Positions 44,201-57,845 of a stretch of 64,000 bases of DNA are shown in pieces. The stretch comes from Podarcis gaigeae (taxonomy: Eukaryota). A program made the translations under genes and the position numbers. A model generated the notes under the pieces. It saw only the letters and a program-made list of their open reading frames with translations. It made no database searches and had not been told where the DNA came from. Position 1 is the stretch's first letter; the number at the start of each line of letters is the position of its first letter. The DNA is taken from NCBI GenBank assembly GCA_964106915.2, contig OZ066915.1; one strand, 5' to 3'.

Positions 44201-47200
44201 CTTGGTTGAGAGATGTGGGATTTAGCATTCCCATTAATAAGAAATGCTAAACTTTTGCAAAAGTGCTTCCTGATTTGATGCTGCATGCCAGATGTCAGCA
44301 GACAGGTGTGAGAGAAGAAGGCAGGGGCTTGTAAAAGTAGTGAGAATTGGGTAGAAAGGTTTCTCTTCTGCTAAAATAATTTGCTATACCAAAAAGCATA
44401 TGGTTGCAATCTATATGAGATATATAAGGGGGGAGGGGGAGGTAAGGAGAAAAGCTCTGGTGGTGGAGGGGGGGCTGTTGAGTAATAGGTAGGAAGCACA
44501 GCAGTGTGAAATGTCTGTCTGGGTGTCTGATACAAATGCTTCTCTCTCATGAGATGAAAGGTCTTCCATGGAAAATAAACAGGAAGTAGGGCAAAAACAG
44601 ATCCTGCATTTATTGGGACTGAGCCTCCCCCAGGGCAAATATTAGTGACAGACCTTGTAGAGCTGAATACACCTTGAAACTGACTGCCATCTTCAAAACT
44701 GCCAGCAGGGTTGACTCTTAGAAGGACCTAAATAAAATAAAAGGTAGTACCTAAATAAGCGTTTTGGAAACACTTAATACAATCTAGACGCAGTGTTTCC
44801 CAACCTTTTTTGGGCAAAGGCACACTTGTTTCATGAAAAAAATCTCGAGGCACACCACCATTAGAAAATGTTTAAAAAATTAACTCTGTGCCTATATTGA
44901 CTATATATAAAGTAACTCTCGTTAATAGGCATCAAATAAACACAAAGAAAGTATTTTATAATTACTTTATTATGAAATAGTAAGTACCGTATTTTTCCTT
45001 TATTTCCCCCCCCAAAAAACCAGGTTGGGGAACAGTGGGATGGCGGTGCTGCGCCTCCCCGCTGTCCCCCGAGCTTGTGGGGCTGGCCCATGTCTGCCTG
45101 GCGCGAGGGGCGCTCTGCTTCAGGGCGCCCCGCGCGTCGGGCGGCAGGCTACAGTCCGCAGCATGGGGAACCCTCTGTTTCAGGGCGCCCCACGCGCCCC
45201 CCAGGTGCGCAAGGCTGGCCAACACCAGCGCGGAGCACGGGGTGTCCTCCGAAGGGCGCCCCGTGCTCTGCGCTGCCGCCTGCAAGCCTTGCGCTCCCGG
45301 GGGGGGGGAAGAGATCCCCCGGTGCGCAAGACTTGCCAACACCAGCACGGAGCACGGAATGGCCTCCGAAGGGCGCCCCGTGCTCCGTGCTGCCAGCTGC
45401 CGCCCGCAAGCCTTGCGCTCCTGGGGGGAGATCCCCTGGGTGCGCAAGGCTGGCCGACACCAGCGCGGAACACGGGGCGTCCTCCGAAGGGCGCCCCGTG
45501 CTCCGCGCTGCCAGCTGCCGCCCCCAAGCCTTGCGCTCTCGGGGGGAGGTCCCCCGGGTGCGCAAGGCTTGCTGACACAAGCGCGGAGCACGGGGCAGCC
45601 GGCCGAAGCGAGCGGCGATGGGATGTGGGAGGGAGGGAGCTCGCCGCCCCGCGTGTGCTCGCCGCCGCCGCCCAGCCTCTCGCCCCGACTCGCCCGCCTC
45701 CCTCCCACGGCACACCAGGCAGCGTCTCGCGGCACACTAGTGTGCCGCGGAACACCGGTTGGGAAACACTGATCTAGAGAATAGTTGATTTCATCTCCTA
45801 AAAATGGAAGATCAAATGTTTACAGCAGAATACCTAGAAGAATGTGAGCTTATGTGAGCTCATAGCTCCTTTATGCTCGTTCCTGTTAAAACATTAGATT
45901 CCTTGCAGTTTGGTAATCTCAGAAGGTGCAGGGGATAAAATGGCTTCACTGTTCCTCCAGAGTTGTCTGAAGACTGCCTGGGCTGTGTGACGAGGATTGT
46001 CAACACTTGGCTTCTGTGCCAAATCTGTTCCCGTGAGGGACGATACAGTGGTGCCTCGCAAGATGAAAAGAATCTGTTCCGCGATTCTCTTCGTCTAGCA
46101 GTTTTTTTCGTCTTGCGAAGCAAGCCCATTGACAGCTTAGCGGATTAGCGCTATTAGCGGTCTAGCGGCTTTTAGCGATCAGCTGTTAAGCGGCTTATCA
46201 GCGGATCAGCTGTTAAGCGGCTTAGCGGCTTAGGAAGAGGGGGGGAAAGCGAAAAAAACCCGCGGGGACTCGCAAGATTTTTTCGTCTTGCGAAGCAACC
46301 CCATAGGGAAATTCGTTTTGCGAAGCGCCTCCAAAACGGAAAACCCTTTCGTCTAGCGGGTTTTCCGTCTTGCGAGGCGTTCGTCTTGCGGGGCACCACT
46401 GTACTTGGCTCCCGCAGTTGTGAACCCAGAAGCAAAGGAGGGATGTAGAAGAGGAGGCACAACTGCAGCAGTGAGACTTGCCAGAAAGCCACTGTAGGGA
46501 GGTTGGGCTGGGCATTTGACCCACTGCACCCCTTGCTCAATGCAGGCCTCTGGCAAAACTAGTTGCTGTCCAGGGTTCTATGTTAAACGAATTGGTGGCA
46601 TAATCTGCAGGAGTGGCTTCCCCATACCATACAGTGCACCTCTTAATAAACAGGATGTGGAACATATTTGCATGGATGGGTCACCCAGAGTTGGGGTGGG
46701 GTAACTGTGCCCCTCCAGAAGTTGCTGGACCACAGCTCCCATCATTCCTGACTTGGCCTTGCTGTCTGGGGCTGATGGGAGCTGTGGTCTAATAATCAGG
46801 AAGGCTGGTCTGGAACATCCCCCTTGGATCGAAGCAATGGAGGAAGCTGTGGAACAGGAATAGAGAGCTTAACACTTGTCCAGCTTTAGCGCCTCAGGGT
46901 GGGTATTAAATAAACGTTGGCTAGTTGCGTTAGGAAGGAAGCTACTAGCTCATTAGCTCAATGCCTCCGAATTAACGGTTCATGGGCTGTGTGACCGCTC
47001 TGTGCTGCCAGGCTTCCTTGAGCTCATTGTGAACTTGTGACTTCTGCACACAAGAAAGATGTTCTGTGAGTCACACACTGGCAAGTAGGTGAAATATCTG
47101 GGGTGGTGATGCAATTGGGAAACCGATGTGTCAGAGTGGTCTTCCAGCTCATGTACAGCCTTAGGAACCCACATTATTTTGGTTTTATTCCTGCATATTT

Positions 47201-49680
47201 GGGACAGGACAAGCTGTCAGGCCTAGAGCAGTGTGGGGTGGCTGAGGACTGATGGGGAGAATGACAGTCCTTTGCTCAGGTTCCTAGCTGTGTCCATTAC
47301 AGCCAGAAATGACCTGCTCCTTCTGTACCGACCGCCTGTGTCTTTAACTTTTGGAAGATCCTTTGAAGAGCCACCTAGAGAGGAGTGACAGGGAGGAGGG
47401 TATTGCAGTGGGCACACATTTCAGGTGCCTGCCGTGGTGGAAGGATGAGGCCATGATGGGTGATAGAAAAGAGCAGGTGCAGTGATTGATGCCTGGCTGG
47501 TTCAGCTGTCCCAAGGCTGAGTTCTGAAAACCAAGCAGAGCTGCTGAGGTCAGATGGAGAACAGGATAAAAATACACTCCTTGCTGTTAAAAGAGGGATG
47601 GAGCAAGGTGAGCATTGTCCAAGGAAGCCCATTGGCTGGGCCCAGAGGGGTGTCTTCCCCGTGTACTGCAGCTTGGCTGTACCTTCAGAGGCACATGTGC
47701 TAACTTGCCTGGGAACTGAGTACAAGCCTGTAATTTCCTTGGGATTTTGACGTTTTCCCAAAGGCCCCAGTTTGCTAGGATAGATTCTGAACACTCGCAT
47801 TTCATTTCAGTACAGCTGTATGAAGAAGAAGAAAATGCAGGTTTCCATAATAGCTGCTGCAAAGCAGGGCTGTGTGTATTCTGTACTCAAACAGAGCAAC
47901 ATCCTTCACTTAAAAAGCAGAATTCTAACTTGGTGATGGTGAGACTCTAGCTGCCCAGATGTTGTTGGTCTACAGCTCCCATCATCCCTGACCATTGGCC
48001 ATGTTGGCTGCGGCTGATGGGAGTTTGGAAGGCCACAAGTCTAAAATCATGCAAATCGTGCAATATTGCATTATCTTTGCTGCTTTGGTTAGTCATGATG
48101 GGGGATGAAGAAGTCCTTCCTGACCACTCTGCAGCTCCATGGTAGAGCTCCTCCTTTGCATTCAGAAGGTTGGAGGACCAGGTTCAGTCCCCAGCACCTC
48201 CAGTTTGGGTTTGGAAAGACTCCTGCCTGGCTTGGAACCCTTGAAAGCTGCTGCCAGTCAGTGTAGACAATACTGAGCCAGATGGACCAATGGCCTGACT
48301 CGGAATAAGGCAGCTTGCAATGTTGACTCCTGGAGTACTGTGTCCAGTTCTGGGCACCACAGTTCAAGAAGGACACTGACAAACTGGAACGTGTCCAGAG
48401 GAGGGCAACCAAAATGGTCAAAGGCCTGGAAACTATGCCTTATGAGGAACGGCTAAGGGAGCTGGGCATGTTTAGCCTGGAGAAGAGGAGGTTAAGGGGT
48501 GATATGATAGCCATGTTCAAATATATAAAAGGATGTCACATAGAGGAGGGAGAAAGGTTGTTTTCTGCTGCTCCAGAGAAGCGGACACGGAGCAATGGAT
48601 CCAAACTACAAGAAAGAAGATTCCACCTAAACATTAGGAAGAACTTCCTGACAGTAAGAGCTGTTTGACAGTGGAATTTGCTGCCAAGGTGTGTGGTGGA
48701 GTCTCCTTCTTTGGAGGTCTTTAAGCAGAGGCTTGACAACCATATGTCAGGAGTGCTCTGATGGTGTTTCCTGCTTGGCAGGGGGTTGGACTCGATGGCC
48801 CTTGTGGTCTCTTCCAACTCTATGATTCTATGATTCTACTTTAAAGCAATGAAACTGTTTTGCAAAAGTAAGTTGTCAGCTCTCTGTGCTTGAGAGCTGG
48901 TGGCTCTGTGATTGCTGAGCGGGGGAGTCTGTGGCTTCTTGTTCCCAGCAACAGAGCTGGTTATGTTTGCTGGGAGTGAGTTGGCTCAGGTTTCTAAAAC
49001 TGAGCAGCAGTAAGCAGGTGTGGGCCGCCCCAATGTGAAGGTCATTGAAATCAAGGGAAGAGGAAAGCCAGAGGGGTGGAGATTGAAGGAAGGAAACTGC
49101 TTCCCCCCTGTGGTGAAAACCAGACCCTTTTTGATGCAAGTTGGCTCCAGGATTGAAACCCCGCCACAGGCAGGAAGTGGGGAAGACATGCCTGTTCCCA
49201 CAGTGACCAGCCACCCTCATTTTTTTCTGTACTGGTGGGGTGGGCAATGGGGGTGGAGGAGGCCAGCTAAGCTTGCTGGCTGGGAATAGACTGGCTGTCC
49301 TCTGGGGCCAGGGAACTGCAGAGCCCCGAACTTCCTGCCCAGCCTGGATAAATGCACACACAGCGCCAAAGGGGTGGTCGTTTTTAGACTTGCTCATGTG
49401 TAATAAGGCAGGAAGGAAGGAGGGAGTGGATTTGACTGTGCCAGAAGATGGAAATCTAGAGCATTTCTGGATTAGCTGTACTGCCCAGCCTGACGTGTTG
49501 TGTTCTCTCCTTCTGACCATATAACTGCTGTGGAATGACCTCTGTCTTTTTAATCCCCTGCGATTTCAGATTTTGGGATTGTGGGGTTGTTGAAACTTGT
49601 CCTAATCTCTGGATGTGCTCTTTGTGTCATGACACTACCATGTTAAAAAGCAAATTAAAGATGCAGGATTTTGCAAAGGA

Positions 49681-49732
<52 letters not shown>

Positions 49733-52700
49733 AAAGGAATGAAGTGTTACATTGGTGAACCAGATTTAAAACAATAATAGTTTCGGTGTACGTGTGGAAA
49801 CGAGGAAATCCTCCTTCTATTTGAATAAAGCAGTTTGCCTTTCCCTGGCCTTGCATTGTTCAACCTTCTCCAACCTGGTGCCCCTGGATGTTGTTGGACT
49901 ACAACTCCTATCAGTCACAATCTGGGGATGATGGGAGCTGTAGTCCAAAATGTCCAGAGGGCCGCAGGTTGGGGACTGGGCTTCTCATCCTCCTTAGGGG
50001 GAGCCATTTGCATGCCGGGCCAGACACCGCCTTCACCCTGAACAGTGAAATGGCCTGATTTCTAGACTTCCCACTACCTTATGCCTGGGAAGCATTTTCC
50101 TCAGACTCCCAGGGAAAAGGATACATTGGCACCATATATAAAGCTGGTGGCATTGTGCCCGCTGGGCAAGGCCTGTCAGAATTGCCTGGTGGGGTGAACT
50201 GAACAGGTTGGGAGAAGGTATATATTGGTGCACATCGACTCCAGCTGTCATTTCCCCCCATTTGAAAGATCAGACAAATTTATGATCTGCCTGCTCCATC
50301 CCTCGGGGGACTTGTGCATTCCACCTAAAGTTGCACACATTCCTGCGCTTCTCCCCCTGTGTATGGCTCTGTCCCTGGGATTCTTTCCATATAAAAATGA
50401 AAACACGGGAGCTGCCTGGAGCAATAGCACCATAAGCCTCTGGCCACAGCAAGTTCCTACATAAATGTACCATATAACATGGGAGCCATATATAGCAGCA
50501 TGTGGTTTTGTTAGTAATTTATCTTTTGTTGCCGACAGCGAATTTGTACTGCTAGGGGCATACGATTCGCTCTATTCCTGCTTCACCAGGGGTAACACTT
50601 TGGCAGAGCTCCTTTCAAGTTCCACCCATTTAGGGTGCTGCTTTTCCAGCTCTCCTAGAGCATTATGTCCTCAGTATTTCACACAGGTCTCTTGCGATGG
50701 GCTGTCATGGTGTTGGTACAAAGCCCGGATTTTTCATCCGGAGCCCTGTGTCAAGGAAGCGAGAAGTTGCTGCTGGGCTTTGCAGGAGGGTTTGCCAGCC
50801 CTCTGAGCAGCCTGGAGGTCTAGCAGCAGACACAGATTCTCCTTTTATGTTCATGTTGAGCTGGACTTGGAAGAATACTTGGGCTTCCTCCAAGTGCCAG
50901 CAGATCTTCATTCCAAGTGAGCAGGGTTGGTTGAAAGCTCTATCACCCCTGGATGCTCTTAACCCCGGATGTAGGAGTTTTCTGCCCTTTCATACAACTA
51001 AGAGGATGTATTAGCTGAGTTGGCAAGAAGAGGGAGAGGTTGGCTGGAGTGATACTTGAGACATTTTAGTGATGTGCCCTAAGTGGCTGGTCCTTATGGT
51101 GCAGCGATTTAACCTAAACCTGTTTATTTGCCACCATCCTCAAGTCAGGAGGCAGATGGTTCGGGGGGGGGGGGGGAATAGCTAGAGGATGTTGCCCGGA
51201 GAAATGGTTGCACTGTCCTCAGGAGTAACTGGTCCTGCCCCTGAGAAAGCTGGTAAAAAGGTAAAGGACCCCTGACAGTTAAGTCCAGTCGTGAATGACT
51301 CTGGGGTTGTGGTGCTCATCTTGCTTTACTGGCTGAGGGAGCCGGCATTTGTCCTCAGACAGCTTCCGGGTCATGTGGCCAGCATGACTAAGCCGCTTCT
51401 GGCAAAACCAGAGCAGCGCACGGAAACGCCGTTTACCTTCCCGCCAGAGCGGTACCTATTTATCTACTTGCACTTTGACGTGCTTTCAAACTGCTAGGTT
51501 GGCAGGAGCAGGAACTGAGCAACAGGAGCTCACCCCGTCGCAGGGATTCGAACTGCCGACCTTTCGATCGGCAAGCCCTAGGCTCAGTGGTTTAGACCAC
51601 AGCGCCACCCATGTCCCTGAGAAAGTTGGTATTAAACCAATAAATCAGAAGTGGGAGCACATAGTGCTTCTATTCCAAGCGGCTTCTTTTTGGTTCTGGA
51701 CAAAGTCAATTTTAGCCTTTAGGGGGTTAGGCAGGCAGGCAGGCAGGAAAACCCTTAGTGTAGCTTCTCCCTACACATTTGGTCATGGTGTTCAATTGTC
51801 CAATGATTGTTTTAAAACATTGTTTATTCATTTGTCATTTGCTCCAAAAATGTATCTCGAAGAGGCTTACAATTTTTTTAAAAAAGCTTAGAATACCAAA
51901 TTAAAAATAAAAGATAAAATACCAAATTAAAAAATGATTTGTTTTAAAAATTATCCACTAAAAGTGCTCATCTTACAGCAAAACTAAAAGGACACATCCT
52001 GCTCCACTCAACTAAAAGATGACCATCAGTTCAGCACAAAATTATTGGGTGAACAAGAATATCTTCACCTCGCGCCTAAAGGCTGATGGTGATGGCACCA
52101 GACACATCTCTCTGGAGAGAGCATTGCACAGTCAGGGAGCCACCACAGTCATCCAGACCATCCCTGAGGCCAGGCACTGGTCTAGTGCATCCACTAGAGC
52201 AGTGTTTCCCAACCTTGTGCCTCCAGATGTTTTTGGCCTACAACTCCCATCATCCCTGACCACTGGTCTTGCTAGCTAGGGATGATGGGAGTTGTAGGCC
52301 AAAAACATCTGGAGGCACAAGGTTGGGAAACACTGCACTAGAGTACCACCCACTCCCAGCTTAGGACAGCCACTCTAGAAGAGAGCCAGATGGTATCAAG
52401 AGCTGCTAGATCAAAGGGACTCAAGAGGGTTGCACTTCCCCTGTCTCTCTCTCTCTGTTGACCAAAGGTTATCATACTGGACAGCCAAGGCAGTTTCCAG
52501 CTCCCAAAGCACTGTAAGAAGAGGGTCCCTACCCTTAGACGTACAATTTAAAAGAGAGTGGAATGGGAAGGAAGGGTTACTGTGTGGGGAGCAAGCTCCA
52601 GAACCAGTTCTCATACAGTTATTGCTCTTATAATGACCAGCTGAGATGGAAGCTGTCAAGGTCACCTGATGGAAGGGTTGCCATTAGGTAGTAGCTGAGG

Positions 52701-55700
52701 GAGGGCTAGAGGCTCCTGGTTTCTTAGCAGAGGCAATGGAAGAGTGTTGGGGGGGAAGCCCTTTCCTTTCTCACCAGCTGCATGCTGGCCCCTGACCCAC
52801 CAACCACCGTCCCATGCATTCCTTGGGGCAGAAAGGCTGGCTTCCCCTGCTTGAGCTTGTCCAGCAGTGACCATCTTTGGGGTGAGAAGATGATGATGGT
52901 GGGGCTGAATGGGTCATGTGAGCCACGCTCTGCTTCCTCTGGAGGCCCCCTTCCCACTCAAGAATTGCCCTGAGGGGTCCTGCAAATTACATACTTAATT
53001 TGTTCTGGAGGTCCATTCTTAACCTGAAACTGTTCTTAACCTGAAGCACCACTTTAGCTAATGGGGCCGCCACGCTGCCAGAGCACGATTTCTGTTCTCA
53101 TCCTGAAGCAAAGTTCTTAACCTGAGGTACTATTTCTGGGTTAGCGGAGTCTAACCTGAAGTGTATGTAACCTGAGGTACCACTGTACCTGGGACAGTCT
53201 TCCATTTCCCAGTGGGGAGGGCCTCCCACAGCAGCAGAGGAGGAAAGAGCACCACTGCCTTTTGCATGCTAGCCAAGGCTTATCCTTGGCCCCTCTGGTG
53301 GTTTCCCCTCGGCCGATCCATGGGCTTCAGCATGCACCTGATGGCGCTGACACCAGGCCCATGGGCGTAGCCAAGGCAGAGTGGGGAGGGGCAGCTGCCC
53401 CCCATCAAGTAAACAATAGAAATGCTTAACCAACTGACCAATCACGTTGGTTCTGGCCCCTCCTAACAAAAGTCCTCCCCCTCCCCACAAAAACCCTGGC
53501 TACGCCCGTGATCCAGGCCTGGTCTGGAAAATTAGTTGAATTCTCCGTGCTCTCAACAGGCTCAAGTGCTTTTTCTGTTTTAAAAATCAACCCTGCCCTA
53601 AGGAAGCCACATGGTAGCCTTCCAGTTGCCAGCATGGATTGCTGTAGCCAAAACTTCTAGCGTAGCCTTCTGCTGACCCCTCCCTCAGAAAGCCATGATT
53701 GCGGCTTGAGTTTCTTGGACACAGCTAGCTCCCTTTTGGCCAAACGGTGCAATCATCATGCTCCCCGTTCCCCCTCTGCTTCTTTCTGCTTGGGACTTGT
53801 GGAACAGGAAGACTCTGGGTTAATTAATGCCTCACTGCCCCCAGGGTGGGTATTGCGTTGCTGCTGATGAGCTAATGTCTCTGTCTGCTGACAGAGGGAG
53901 ATGAATGAGATGGCTGGGAGAGGTGATCCTGCCGAGAGAGGTGGGCTGCTTGCCTGCCCCCATCTACTCTCTAAGCAGACATACAGGCTTGAGGAATTTC
54001 TGTGGCTTTGTAGCTCCGACGGGGCCGTGAGTGTGACACATGGATTGCGTTATGGGAAAGGCATTGATTCACTCCAGGCTCCCTCCTTCAGAGCCCTGCT
54101 CTCTAGTAAAGTCTGGAGAAACCCTTGGGGATGCTAGAGCCAGTCACCTCCTCCCTCCTTCCCTCCCTCGTCCCCCCAGTCCAGAGATGGGCTTGGGATG
54201 AGCGGTGGAGAAAAGAGCACAGGCTCCTTGGGTTCCTCAAAACCTGCCTGTTTTTCTCCAGCAAAGCTCAACACCAGGTCCTTTCACCAGAAGCGGGACA
54301 GGTTTCTCTTGCCTTTGGGGGCTCTGCATGCAGTTGGTGCCCAGTGCAGGGATGATAGGCACATGGTGGCTCTTCCCCTCTTTGCTGAGTGTCTCAGTTG
54401 GCTTACGAATAGAGAAAAGGAATGGGAGGCTGAACGGTGCTTTTGTAACGCTGGGAACAGGCTGGCCCTGTGCCATGGGGCTTTTGCAGAAGCACAACAG
54501 GATGACTGGATGGTGGGTGTGTATGGGTAGTTATTCCACAGTTAGCTCCAGCGCAAACTTGTTAAAATGGGGATCGGATGATCCAGCACGTGCAGGAGAC
54601 TCATGTCGTGAAAGTTGCATGCGCATAGATGTGTGGAGATGTTCAGCTGTATGAGGAGAGGAAAAGCTTTGGTAGCGTGGATCCTCCTTTGGTTGTTTGA
54701 CCCGGAAAATGCCTTTTTGAATCGTGCTGAGTTGAGAAAGAGCCTGGGAAATCAAAGTTATTTGTGGGGGACATTGTCTCCGTCAGTGGTAGGCAGGAAA
54801 GCAACATGCTTTGCATCTGGTGGACATATCCAGAGGATCAGGGAGTGCATGCAGCAACTCACAAGTAGCCATCCAGCGTGATCACAAAATATCCAGGCCA
54901 CTGATAAGGGAACTTATATGGAGGGTGGCGATACTGCTGTTTGTTTCTTTGGGGTGAGGGAATTGATAAAGTAAAGGGACCCCTGACCATTAGGTCCAGT
55001 CGTGGCCAACTCGGGGGTTGCGGCGCTCATCTCGCTTTACTGGCCGAGGGAGCCGGCGTACAGCTTCCGGGTCATGTAGCCAGCATGACTAAGCCGTTTC
55101 TGGCGAACCAGAACAGCGCACGGAAACGCCGTTTACCTTCCCGCCGGAGCGGTACCTATTTATCTACTTGCACTTTGACGTGCTTTCAAACTGCTAGGTT
55201 GGCAGGAGAGGGAATAGATAGGTGTACGTTTTTTTTAAAAAAAAGATGTAGCTGCATGCTGCACATTGAGTGTAACATGTAGTTTGGTTCTCAGCCGTAA
55301 CTGAGTGGCAGAAACAAAACCTACAAGCCGCAAGACCTTTGTGCATTGTGTCAGAAGATGAATCTGCAGAAAATCCCCTAAAACTGTGTTCAGTTGCAGA
55401 CCAGAATTGTGCCCCTTGGGCTGAACTATGGAAATCTCAGCGTAATGAACGATTTTGCTCATAGTGGTCTGATGATAAGTTTATGAATAACTGGATTTCC
55501 CTACACAGTCTCGCACTCTTCTGTACTGTGTAAAGCAGGCTAGAAAGACTTCTGTGTTATCTACAGACTCCTTTGTGTTTAAACTTGTAAATATTTGACC
55601 ATCCAATACATACCTCTTCCCTCCTCCCCCCCCCCCCCCGGTTCCTGAATGTACCAGCTCTTGGGTTGATTATCCAAACAACATTTGCATTAATGCAGTG

Positions 55701-57013
55701 TGGAGGTTACTCAGATAAGGGTTGGCTGGGTCTTAGCTGCTTTCATCATAGGTAGTTTCATATTTGTCATTTCCTCTCCCCAACCCCATTCTCCTTTCTT
55801 TCCAAGTAAAGAATAGTGCTATTTTCTATTAAGTTTCACAGGCTGTTTCATTAAGATGACAAATTGCCCTGTGGCATCTAAAATGCTATCTAATAGCAGA
55901 ATGATTATTAGTAAGTTGGAGCTTGCATCATCACCTTCGCAAAACATGTGGCTCAGTGCAGACTTGCTGTTGCACAGGGCTAAGGGGTCAAGGGCCAAGC
56001 TGCAGGATCATGTCTGCCTTCTCCATGCACTTCCCACGGTGTGGATTGTTATACCTGCCTATTCCTACCTCTGTTTAAAAGCCACCTGGCTGATCCTAAA
56101 AGCTCATTCCCACAACAGCCTTGATCGCATGGCCCTCTTCTAGCCCATTGCATATCAGGATCAATCCCTGGTTTCTTCAGGGCTGGGAGAGACCCCTGCC
56201 TGACACCCTGGAGAGCCACTGCCAGTCAGCCTAAGCCGGGCGTAGCCAATATGATGCTATCTGGATCTTGCTGGACTGTAACTCCTATCACCCCTGACCA
56301 TTGCAGATGCTGGTGGGGGCTGATGGGAGTTGGAGTCCCAACAGTGTCTGCAAGGCACTACATTGGCTACCCTTGGGGGAGGTAATACTGAGGTAGGTGG
56401 ACCATGGTCTGTATAAGGCAGCCTCCTATGGTCCTACCCCTTTTTAACATTTGCGTCTACACTGAGGCTATGTATATTGGGTGCCCTTTATCAGTGATTG
56501 AGGTAAGGGGAGGAGAGGCGTGCCATTTCCAAGTGGGATTGCTCATTGCATATGGACTATACCAGTGTTTCTAAAACTTGGATCTCCAGCTGTTTTTGGA
56601 CTGCAGTTCCCATCATCCCTGACCCACTGGTCCTGCTAGCTAGGGGTGATGGGAGACCCAAGTTTGGGAAACACTGGACTATAACATGGGTGTGAGAGTG
56701 GGTGGTTTCAGTAAGATTGCCTTCTTGGCTGCTGCAGACTTCTAGAAGTTCACATNNNNNNNNNNNNNNNNNNNNNNNNNNNNNNNNNNNNNNNNNNNNN
56801 NNNNNNNNNNNNNNNNNNNNNNNNNNNNNNNNNNNNNNNNNNNNNNNNNNNNNNNNNNNNNNNNNNNNNNNNNNNNNNNNNNNNNNNTAGCAGCACAACA
56901 AAAAGGAACTCTGCAGATGAACTTCTGCCTGTTGCAGAACCCAGCCTGTTGCTGGGTTTCTGCTGGGTTTGCCTGGCAGTTGTTTAAAGGGACAGTCCAA
57001 CGGGTGGAGGGGG

Positions 57014-57054
<41 letters not shown>

Positions 57055-57798
57055 ACCCGTTGGTAACACTCTACTTCTGAACGAATAAATGTGGCCCTCT
57101 CCCGTACTTCCAGTTTTTCATAGAGGCTTCTCAACCCTGGGGAAAGGGAGCGCCTTTCTTCCTCTCTGTCAAGTTTTCAGCGCCTATGACTGCCTGCCGT
57201 TGCTGCAAGCAACATCGTTCTTCAAAGCATCGTTCATAACTTTCCCTTTTTCTGAGATGCTCCCAAATAGTTTTGAAGTGGTGTGGCTTTGTGGGTGTGT
57301 GTGCTGTTCGCTTTGTGGAAGATTATGACTGTCCGGCAGTCCTGAGCGTTTCTGAGAAGATTCCAACCAGTACTAAACATATCCAAATAGGGCAGAGACC
57401 GAAGTGGGTTTGTGTGCAACAGAGAAGCCATTCCCTGCAGGTGGTCAGGGTGGTGGGTGTTTGCTCAAAGCCCGTTAGCGCCTGGGCATCTGTAGACAGC
57501 ATGTGGCATTAAGCAGCCGCTCATGCCTGCTTCTGAAGCTTCTTCCCTGCAGATAACCACACCAACCTGGGATGGGGTGGGTGAGGGCGACCAGCACGCG
57601 CATGCCGGGGGCAGGACCCAAAGCATGGCCTCAGTCCCCTCAGCAATGCCTGAGAGGGAACTAATATGCCAGGAGTCTGCCCAGCAATAATTGCATGGGC
57701 AATGTGTGAAAGGAGTTCTAGGAGCACACTGTCCCAGATTCCCCCTCTTCACTCTCAACCTTGTGGAGGTTGAGCTTAGCGGTGGTAGTAGTAGTAGT

Positions 57799-57845
<47 letters not shown>

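Noticed and set aside
45204-45600. CRISPR-like array of palindromic repeats
   Set aside because: Units repeat in full with no unique spacers, there are no cas genes, and the context is vertebrate.
44962-45777. Overlapping 166-257 aa ORFs in all six frames
   Set aside because: They arise from a stop-poor GC-rich tandem array inside a hAT element and contain no transposase motifs.
48876-49520. 214-aa minus-strand ORF
   Set aside because: S/P/L-rich composition with no recognisable domain or splice support; expected by chance.
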